Of a stretch of 60,231 bases of DNA, positions 53,662 to 60,231 are shown piece after piece; the first letter of the stretch is position 1, and every line of letters begins with the position of its first letter. The notes below the pieces were generated by a model. It made no database searches, was not told the origin of the DNA, and was given only the letters and a program-made list of their open reading frames with translations. Source of the stretch: Verrucomicrobiota bacterium (lineage in GTDB: Bacteria > Verrucomicrobiota > Verrucomicrobiia > Chthoniobacterales > UBA10450). The position numbers and the translations under genes were made by a program. The DNA is taken from the NCBI GenBank assembly GCA_046732035.1, contig JBKPMH010000050.1, positions 1-60,231 of the forward strand. The letters are read 5' to 3'.

Positions 53662-55338
53662 ATGACGACTGAAACTGAAAGGCCTTCGGATTTTATTCGC
53701 GATATCGTCGCGGACGACCTGCGTACGGGCAAATACAACCAAATCTGCACGCGCTTCCCGCCAGAACCCAACGGTTACCTGCATATCGGCCACGCGAAAT
53801 CGATTTGCCTCAACTTTGGGATCGCTCGCGAGTTTGGCGGGGTTTGTAACATCCGCATGGACGATACGAATCCGATAAAGGAGGAAGCGGAATACGTCGA
53901 GTCAATCATGACCGACGTGCATTGGTTGATCGATGGCTGGGCGGACAAGCACCTGGGTGGCACACCGTTTTATGCATCGGATTATTTCGATCGCTTTTAC
54001 GAATACGCCGTCGATCTGATACGCAAAGGCAAGGCGTATGTTTGCGATATGACTCCCGAAGAAACGGATACGTATCGCCGGCTCGGAAAGGCAAGTAGCT
54101 CTCGCGATCGCGCAATCGAAGACAATCTCGATCTCTTCGCGCGCATGAAATCAGGGGAGTTTCCCGATGGCGCGCGCACATTGCGAGCGAAAATCGACGT
54201 GAATGCCCCGAACGTGTGGCTGCGCGATCCAGTTCTTTATCGCATCCGGCACGCGTCGCATCACCGCACCGGCGATAAATGGTGTATCTATCCAATGTAC
54301 GACTGGGCGCACACGCTTAGCGATTACATTGAGGGGATCACGCACTCCGTTTGCACGCTCGAATTCGAAGTGCATCGCCCTCTTTATGACTGGATCCTCG
54401 AAGCGCTCGAATTAGCTGAACCGCGTCCTCATCAATACGAATTTGCGCGGCTGAACCTGACTTATTCGGTCATGAGTAAACGCAAACTGATCCACTTGGT
54501 GAACGAAAAGCTTGTCAGCGGCTGGGACGATCCGCGGATGCTTACTATTTCTGGTTTACGTAGGCGCGGAGTCACCGCGAGCGCGTTGCGCTCTTTCGCG
54601 TACAATATCGGGATCACGAAATATCCAAGCATGACCGACATGGCTGTGCTCGAACACACGATGCGTGATGAATTTAACCGCACGGCCAATCGTCGGCTTG
54701 CGGTGCTGCGACCGATCAAGGTCGTATTGAAGAACTATCCCGAGGGAAAAGTCGAAGAGCTGGATGCGATCAACAATCCGGAAGATCCAAGCGCTGGCAC
54801 GCGCAAGGTTCCGTTCAGCCGTGAGCTCTACATCGAGAGCGACGATTTCATGGAAACGCCGCCGGCGAAATACTTTCGGCTGCGCCCCGGCGGCGAAGTG
54901 CGCCTGAAATACGCTTACATCATCAAGTGCGATGAAGTCGTGAAAGATCCGGGTGGCAACGTGACTGAGCTTCGATGCACAGTGGATATGGATAGCAAAT
55001 CCGGCGGACCGACCGCCGGTCGCAAAGTGAAAGGAACAATACACTGGGTCAGCGCCGCGCAGGCGATCGATGCAGAGGTTCGGTTGTATGATCGACTGTT
55101 TAGCGTGCCTGAACCTGATGCTGCCGGTGATTTTAAATCATTTATTAATGCAAATTCGCTGGAAGTTGTGACCGCAAAATGCGAGCCAACTCTCGCGAAA
55201 GCCGATCCGGAAGAGCGTTATCAATTTGAGCGACTCGGCTATTTTGCTCTTGATCCAGATTCCACCAATGAAAAACAGGTCTGGAACCGCACGACTACAT
55301 TGAGAGACACTTGGGCGAAAGCGGCGAACCGATCCTGA
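53662..55338 (+). CDS. glnS: Glutamine--tRNA ligase
   Basis: FIRDIV, PEPNGYLHIGHAKS (HIGH), VMSKRK (KMSKS), C-terminal anticodon-binding beta-barrels. The ORF is open from TTG 53650; the first ATG is at 53662. Confidence 0.95.
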   Translation: MTTETERPSDFIRDIVADDLRTGKYNQICTRFPPEPNGYLHIGHAKSICLNFGIAREFGGVCNIRMDDTNPIKEEAEYVESIMTDVHWLIDGWADKHLGGTPFYASDYFDRFYEYAVDLIRKGKAYVCDMTPEETDTYRRLGKASSSRDRAIEDNLDLFARMKSGEFPDGARTLRAKIDVNAPNVWLRDPVLYRIRHASHHRTGDKWCIYPMYDWAHTLSDYIEGITHSVCTLEFEVHRPLYDWILEALELAEPRPHQYEFARLNLTYSVMSKRKLIHLVNEKLVSGWDDPRMLTISGLRRRGVTASALRSFAYNIGITKYPSMTDMAVLEHTMRDEFNRTANRRLAVLRPIKVVLKNYPEGKVEELDAINNPEDPSAGTRKVPFSRELYIESDDFMETPPAKYFRLRPGGEVRLKYAYIIKCDEVVKDPGGNVTELRCTVDMDSKSGGPTAGRKVKGTIHWVSAAQAIDAEVRLYDRLFSVPEPDAAGDFKSFINANSLEVVTAKCEPTLAKADPEERYQFERLGYFALDPDSTNEKQVWNRTTTLRDTWAKAANRS

Positions 55339-55344
55339 CGAGCT

Positions 55345-55365
55345 GGGCAGGCGGAGCGCCTGCCC
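55345..55365. terminator. GC-rich hairpin after glnS (REP-like)
   Basis: GGGCAGGCG-gag-CGCCTGCCC, a perfect 9-bp stem starting 7 nt after the glnS stop. Confidence 0.5.
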
Positions 55366-55404
55366 TACGACGCGGATATGCTCCGACGCGGAAATGGCCG
55401 TTGT

Positions 55405-55427
55405 AGGGCGAGCGCATGGCTTGCCCT
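55405..55427. terminator. GC-rich hairpin after gltX (REP-like, inverted relative of 55345-55365)
   Basis: AGGGCGAGC-gcatg-GCTTGCCCT, a 9-bp stem with one G-U pair, ending 2 nt from the gltX stop. Both hairpins carry GTAGGGC on opposite strands. Confidence 0.45.
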
Positions 55428-55428
55428 G

Positions 55429-56751
55429 TTAAAACATCGAAAGCGCGCGATCGATGCGCGTCACGACTTTTTCTTTTCCTAGAACTTCAAGCAAGTGATA
55501 CAAACTCGGTCCCACATTGCTCCCGGTGGCGGCGAGTCGAGTTGGATGAACCATCGCTCCGACTTTTACGCCCAGAGTTGCAGCGGTGCTTTTCAATGTC
55601 GTTTCGATTTCGGCGGCATCGAATTTCTTCAGACTGCTTAGCGCATCGCGAACAGCCTTGAGCCCTAGCTTGTTTTTAGCCGTGAAGTGCTTGGAGACTC
55701 CTTCAGGGTTGTATTCTAGGGTGTCTCTGAAATAGAACCCGCAATACGCGGGCAACTCATCGAACGTATTGATCTTGCCTTTGCAGGTTTGCATCGCGTC
55801 GCGAACGTATTTCTCCGGAAAATCATCAAGGTTTACCCCGCTTGATTTCAGTGTCGCGACTGCGAGGTCGCAAAATTCGGAATCGCTTAATTCGCGTGCA
55901 TATTCTCCGTTCAGCCAATGGAGTTTGTCGGGATCAAACGTCGCTGAGCTGCGCCCGATATTTTTAACATCGAAAATCCGGATGATTTCGTCGATGTCGA
56001 TTTTCTCGCGGTTGTCCTTTGGCGACCAGCCCAATAGACACAAATAGTTACGCACGGCCGTCGGCAAATAGCCACGCCGGATGTAGTACTCCACTCGCGC
56101 GCCCTCGTCCCGTTTGCTCATTTTCGAGCCGTCGCGGTTTAGGATTAGTGGAATATGTGCGTATTGCGGCGGAGTGACTCCCAACGCCCGAATGATCTCG
56201 ATATGTTTAGGCGTGTTGGAAAGATGATCTTCGCCTCGGATCACATGCGAGATTTTCATTTCGAGGTCGTCAATGACATTAACGAAATGAAAGATCCACG
56301 AGCCGTCTGGACGCCGGATCGTCATGTCTGGGTGTGTCTCAGGGTTAGTGAGATCGAAATCGATTTTGCCGTGAACGAGGTCGTCGACAGTAACGTGTTC
56401 GCGCGGTGATCGAAAGCGCAAGGCGCCCTGATCCTCGAAGATGTGACCGCCATCTTGAAGTTTCTGTAGATAGCGCTGGTAAAGCTCAGTTCGCTCACTT
56501 TGCAAATACGGTCCGAACTCGCCGCCCACATGTGGTCCCTCATCCCAATTCAGGCCGAGCCACTCCAGCCCTTCATAAATGGCTGCCATCGCTTCTTCGG
56601 TGTTTCGTTTAACATCGGTATTTTCGATTCGCAGAACAAATTTTCCGCCGTGATGCCGCGCAAACAGCCAGTTGAAAAGCGCTGTGCGCGCTCCGCCTAT
56701 GTGCAGGTAGCCTGTGGGCGAGGGAGCAAAGCGGACGCGAATATCAGACAT
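55429..56751 (-). CDS. gltX: Glutamate--tRNA ligase
   Basis: MSDIRVRFAPSPTGYLHIGGART (HIGH), GSKMSKRD (KMSKS). Start at ATG 56751; the longer ORF to 56961 would overlap tilS by more than 130 nt. Confidence 0.93.
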   Translation of the reverse strand: MSDIRVRFAPSPTGYLHIGGARTALFNWLFARHHGGKFVLRIENTDVKRNTEEAMAAIYEGLEWLGLNWDEGPHVGGEFGPYLQSERTELYQRYLQKLQDGGHIFEDQGALRFRSPREHVTVDDLVHGKIDFDLTNPETHPDMTIRRPDGSWIFHFVNVIDDLEMKISHVIRGEDHLSNTPKHIEIIRALGVTPPQYAHIPLILNRDGSKMSKRDEGARVEYYIRRGYLPTAVRNYLCLLGWSPKDNREKIDIDEIIRIFDVKNIGRSSATFDPDKLHWLNGEYARELSDSEFCDLAVATLKSSGVNLDDFPEKYVRDAMQTCKGKINTFDELPAYCGFYFRDTLEYNPEGVSKHFTAKNKLGLKAVRDALSSLKKFDAAEIETTLKSTAATLGVKVGAMVHPTRLAATGSNVGPSLYHLLEVLGKEKVVTRIDRALSMF

Positions 56752-56827
56752 TGGAGTGATGGGATTCTGGAGTAGTGGAGTAATGCATTTGTTTCGCCAC
56801 TTCGCTAGCCATTGCTCCAGCATTCGA

Positions 56828-57811
56828 TTACTCGATAAAAATCTTTCCTGCACGACGGCGCGCGTGCTGATCGCGCGCGAGGTTAATTTTTGCCACTCGT
56901 GCAGCTGGGTCGAGCAATGAACGGACACGCTCAATCGCGTCGAAACCAACTTCAGCAACATTTTGCGCCCGCAACCATTTTAGAATTGCCCGCCGTTGAA
57001 GCGCCACCGGCAAGGCGCGGAGCTGCGCGACCGGAAATTGGGCTTTGGCCGAACAGGGGACCTGTTCGTCGATCCAAGCTTCTTCGTCGCCCGTAATCGT
57101 CGCAGCACGCCAAACGGCGGATCGAACGTTGCGACCGAGAATTTTTTCCAGGTAAGGAATGAGGCGATGACGGATTCGGTTGCGAAGAGGACTGAGGTTC
57201 TGGTTCGATGCATCCTCGCGAAAGGTAATCCCATATGAGTGGACATATTCGTCGACCTGCTTGCGCCAGAGACCGAGCAGTGGCCGGACAATCGTCAGGC
57301 CGACATCATCAATACAGCGAGTAGAAACCTCACGCATGGCTGCGAGACCTGTAGTGCCTGCACCACGAAAAAGATTCATCAGGAACGTTTCGACCAAATC
57401 GTCAGCGTGATGGGCGAGAAAAATGGTGTGGCAGCGCCGACGCTTTGCGACCTTCGCGAAAAATGCGTAGCGGCAGTCACGTGCTGCGCTTTCGATCGAC
57501 AGCTTTTTCTTTTTGGCCAGCACGGTAACGTTTGCGGAGCCGAGTTCAAAATCCAGCTGATATTTTGTCGCAAGCTTTTCCACAAAACGTGCGTCGGCAT
57601 CGCTCGATCGCCCACGCAATCGGTGGTTCAAATGACATAAGATAAGTCTTTTATATCCGCCGTTGGTCAGCCAGTGCGCCAACGCGACGGAATCGCGACC
57701 GGCCGAAACACCGATGAGATAGCGGCTGTCAGGTGGAAACGTCCGCAATAAATCTGTTTTTGTTTGAATCCAATCCATGCCGCTGCCGCATCCAACGTTC
57801 AAAGCAATCAT
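56828..57811 (-). CDS. tilS: tRNA(Ile)-lysidine synthetase
   Basis: 327 aa. PP-loop IGVSAGRDSVALAHWL, LCHLNHRLRG, FLAHHADD. Confidence 0.88.
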   Translation of the reverse strand: MIALNVGCGSGMDWIQTKTDLLRTFPPDSRYLIGVSAGRDSVALAHWLTNGGYKRLILCHLNHRLRGRSSDADARFVEKLATKYQLDFELGSANVTVLAKKKKLSIESAARDCRYAFFAKVAKRRRCHTIFLAHHADDLVETFLMNLFRGAGTTGLAAMREVSTRCIDDVGLTIVRPLLGLWRKQVDEYVHSYGITFREDASNQNLSPLRNRIRHRLIPYLEKILGRNVRSAVWRAATITGDEEAWIDEQVPCSAKAQFPVAQLRALPVALQRRAILKWLRAQNVAEVGFDAIERVRSLLDPAARVAKINLARDQHARRRAGKIFIE

Positions 57812-57879
57812 GAAGGATCAACAACTTTAGACAAAAGCGAAAATGGCTGACGTCTTCAAAAGAAAGGATTCAAAGGCTT

Positions 57880-58077
57880 ATGAACAATGACACCACTTAC
57901 GCATTGCTGGTCCAGTCGGAGGAGAAGGGCCGAAGCATCATGGAAACGGCGGTTTACGCGCTGCTGGGTTTAAGCGTGATCTTGTCGATTATGCAGTTTG
58001 TTCAACAACCAAATCGGCTTCCTGCGACGCTGACCAGCCAAGTGTACGAGATGTCGGACATTTCGCACCGGGGCTAG
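57880..58077 (+). CDS. Small hypothetical membrane peptide (weak)
   Basis: 65 aa. One TM (AVYALLGLSVILSIMQFV). No family, and no strong ribosome-binding site. Confidence 0.25.
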   Translation: MNNDTTYALLVQSEEKGRSIMETAVYALLGLSVILSIMQFVQQPNRLPATLTSQVYEMSDISHRG

Positions 58078-58211
58078 TAAACGCGTGGTTTGGGTTGCGA
58101 ATCTGTAGGCTTCTGACTGGCGCGGATTTCGGGTAATTGCGCAATTGGTCCAATGCGCTGGGTACGACGCGGAATCGATCTGTTCGAATCGGTTTGTAAA
58201 CGGATTTGACA

Positions 58212-58231
58212 ATGAATGAACGTTCATTCAT
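58212..58231. promoter_or_regulatory. Perfect 20-bp palindrome, candidate TetR operator overlapping the promoter
   Basis: ATGAATGAACGTTCATTCAT sits immediately after a TTGACA hexamer (58206-58211) and 11 nt upstream of ATG 58243. Confidence 0.6.
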
Positions 58232-58242
58232 CTTCCCGGCTT

Positions 58243-58875
58243 ATGTCACAACCCCAGATCGACTCTTTCAATGGCGACCGGCGTTCCCAGATCCTTGAGG
58301 CCGCCCTGGTCTGCTTTGCCAGACGCGGATTTCATCAAACCAGCATGCATGATATCAGCAGCGAGGCAGGGATCAGCGTCGGACTCATTTATCGCTACTT
58401 CGAAAATAAAGAAGCAGTGATTTCCGCAATGGCCGATCGGCATAAAAAGGAGATCGGCGAAATGCTGGAGCGCGCACGTCAGGCCCCGACGCTGCGTGAA
58501 TCGCTCGAGATTCTCTTCACCGCCCATTGCTGCGAAGACGCACCGCAATTGGTGTCGGCATTCGTGGTCGATCTTTACGCCGAAGCGTCCCGAAATCCGC
58601 AGGTGGCGGATTTGGTCCGGGATGTTTTGGAAACCGCTATGGACGGGGTGCGAGATTTGATCTCCCGGGCTCCGGAAGGACAAAATGCAGCTCACGGGCT
58701 GACGCCGAATGAATTGGCGGAACTAATTTTTGCTGTCGCACGCGGCATGCTGATGCTCGACGTATTGCGACCACACGGGATGACGGCGGCAGAGCGCCGC
58801 ACCCGACAATTGGAAGTAACCCGTAGACTCTGGAGCTTATTGTTCAAACCGGAAGTGGAACCGATTTATGCATGA
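58243..58875 (+). CDS. TetR/AcrR family transcriptional regulator
   Basis: HTH RSQILEAALVCFARRGFHQTSMHDISSEAGISVGLIYRYFENKEAV. The ORF-track start (58216) lies inside the operator palindrome, so ATG 58243 is preferred. Confidence 0.88.
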   Translation: MSQPQIDSFNGDRRSQILEAALVCFARRGFHQTSMHDISSEAGISVGLIYRYFENKEAVISAMADRHKKEIGEMLERARQAPTLRESLEILFTAHCCEDAPQLVSAFVVDLYAEASRNPQVADLVRDVLETAMDGVRDLISRAPEGQNAAHGLTPNELAELIFAVARGMLMLDVLRPHGMTAAERRTRQLEVTRRLWSLLFKPEVEPIYA

Positions 58876-60055
58876 TATAGCAAAAACTGTTTCAAGCGTT
58901 CCAGTACGCTCGAGTGCAAAACCCAGACGGCGATGGCGAAGTCTTGCTCTCGCGGTAGCTCTGCTCATCGCAATCGTGGGGTTTGTCTTTGGGATAAAAG
59001 CCCTGCAGATCGGCAAGATGATGAGCACGCCGATGGTAATGCCCCCGACCACCGTGTCGAGTGCGGTTGCAAAAGAAGAGGATTGGGCGCCTATGCTGTC
59101 CGCGATCGGATCCGTTTCGGCTGTTCAGGGTGCGGTGGTTTCCACCGAGCTGGGCGGAGTTGTCGCCGAAATCGACTTCCAAAATGGTGGCGTCGCGAAA
59201 CAGGGCGATGTGCTGGTGAGGCTGGACAGCTCGGCCGAAGAAGCGCAACTGCGTACCGCGGAAGCCGATTTGGAATTGGCGAAAGCAAACCTCGAGCGAA
59301 TACGCAATTTGGCGGCGCAAAAGGTCGTGTCGAAGCAGGAATTGGATGCTGCTCAGTCAACCTTTGGCCAAAAACAAGGCGCCGTGGACAATATGCGCGC
59401 CTTTATCGCGAAGAAACAGGTGCGTGCACCATTCGATGGGCTGCTCGGAATTAGACAAGTGAACGTTGGACAAATGATCAACTCCGGTCAGCAAGTGGTT
59501 CAACTGACTGCCCTCGACAAGGTGTTTGTCGATTTCGCGCTGCCTCAGCAGAACCTTCCCAAACTTGACACCGGATATGAGGCACGCGTGCACGCCGACG
59601 CATTGCCAGGGCACGAGTTCAAAGGAAAAGTAACCGCCATCAATTCCATGGTCGACGCGGTGACGCGTAATGTTGGCGTCCAGGCAACTTTGGAAAATCC
59701 GGATCATATGTTGCATCCAGGAATGTTCGTCAAAGTCGACGTCGCTTTGCCGCAGAAAAGTAAGACGCTTGTAATTCCGGGTAGCGCTGTTTCCTATGCT
59801 CCGTACGGCAATTCTGTTTTCGTAATTGAGAACAACAAAGATCCGAAGACCGGCAAAGAGTCGCAGTCGTTGCGACAGACTTTTGTGCGTGTTGGTGAAG
59901 CGCGCGGAGATTTTGTTTCCATCTCCGAGGGACTAAAACCGGGAGACGTGGTCGTCAGCACCGGGGTGTTCAAACTGCGTAATGGCATGTCAGTGGCAAT
60001 CAATAACGATTTAGCCCCGAAGCCGCAGCTGAATCCCAAGCCACAGGATTCTTAG
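58868..60055 (+). CDS. Efflux RND transporter periplasmic adaptor (MFP) subunit
   Basis: 395 aa. TM anchor, VSTELGGVVAEIDFQNGGVAKQGDVLVRLD, coiled hairpin, VRAPFDGLLG. Overlaps the tetR stop by 8 nt. Confidence 0.88.
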   Translation: MHDIAKTVSSVPVRSSAKPRRRWRSLALAVALLIAIVGFVFGIKALQIGKMMSTPMVMPPTTVSSAVAKEEDWAPMLSAIGSVSAVQGAVVSTELGGVVAEIDFQNGGVAKQGDVLVRLDSSAEEAQLRTAEADLELAKANLERIRNLAAQKVVSKQELDAAQSTFGQKQGAVDNMRAFIAKKQVRAPFDGLLGIRQVNVGQMINSGQQVVQLTALDKVFVDFALPQQNLPKLDTGYEARVHADALPGHEFKGKVTAINSMVDAVTRNVGVQATLENPDHMLHPGMFVKVDVALPQKSKTLVIPGSAVSYAPYGNSVFVIENNKDPKTGKESQSLRQTFVRVGEARGDFVSISEGLKPGDVVVSTGVFKLRNGMSVAINNDLAPKPQLNPKPQDS

Positions 60056-60140
60056 CCGCAAGTGCGAATGGTGTATGCCGAGATTCGAAAACAACGGAAA
60101 TAAGCGCGATGGCACAGGAAGAGCGTGCCGTAATTAGGAA

Positions 60141-60231
60141 ATGAAGTTTACCGATCTATTCATCAAGCGGCCAGTACTGGCGATAGTGGTTAGCTTCGTC
60201 ATTCTCATTGCCGGGTTGCAGGCGATGAAGA
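60141..60231 (+). CDS. Efflux RND transporter permease, N-terminal fragment (runs off the window)
   Basis: MKFTDLFIKRPVLAIVVSFVILIAGLQAMK is a canonical AcrB-family N-terminus. AGGAA lies 5 nt upstream. Confidence 0.85.
   Translation, partial: MKFTDLFIKRPVLAIVVSFVILIAGLQAMK

Noticed and set aside
56752-56961. 70-aa N-terminal extension of the gltX ORF
   Set aside because: It overlaps the 3' end of tilS. The canonical GluRS N-terminus MSDIRVRFAPSPTGYLHIGG begins at ATG 56751.
1-60231. Scan for CRISPR arrays, IS elements, integrases, toxin-antitoxin pairs or known defence genes
   Set aside because: No regularly spaced direct repeats were seen. None of the ORF translations showed transposase, integrase, recombinase, restriction-modification or nuclease-NTPase defence signatures. 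The window reads as core chromosome with a few surface-protein genes.

Overview
This is a dense chromosomal window, mostly housekeeping, from an LPS-producing Gram-negative bacterium. Gene content and the style of the intergenic repeats suggest a Verrucomicrobiota-like lineage, but that is inference only. I support about 55 protein genes and 3 tRNAs (Asp-GTC, Phe-GAA, Gly-GCC). I saw no rRNA, CRISPR array, transposase, integrase or prophage block.

Recognisable content, in order:
- Mpa/ARC-like AAA ATPase plus a Dop-like Pup-ligase-family enzyme
- guaA, aat, a SAM methyltransferase, creD, an FAD oxidoreductase, a SatP-family channel, recN
- lpxA and a fused lpxC-fabZ, a GH57 branching enzyme, an aminotransferase, a tandem-domain NDK, prmA
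- an ECF sigma module
- the ribF-truB-nrnA-rbfA-infB-nusA block
- a GT39 glycosyltransferase, MarR-MFP-RND, a Zn-ADH
- two PilT-family ATPases, a yqjD/yqjE/yqjK-like triad, infA
- a DCC(CxxC)-lipase-maturation-factor fusion, xth, a beta-CASP MBL hydrolase
- a BNR propeller protein, an M19 dipeptidase, a secreted S74 'tail-fibre' repeat protein
- nadA, aroE, glnS convergent with gltX, tilS, and TetR-MFP-RND (truncated at the window end)

I cannot point to a clearly new multi-gene system. The best candidates for a second look are:
1. The two-gene Mpa+Dop-like module. It has no Pup/UBact, PafA or 20S genes nearby, and the ATPase lacks the proteasome-docking tail.
2. The DCC-LMF fusion membrane protein.
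3. The S74 autochaperone adhesin-like protein, whose signal peptide has no canonical start codon.
4. The tandem NDK with a degenerate N-terminal copy.
5. Several perfect palindromic operators and REP-like intergenic hairpins.

All family calls come from motif recognition by eye. No searches were run.
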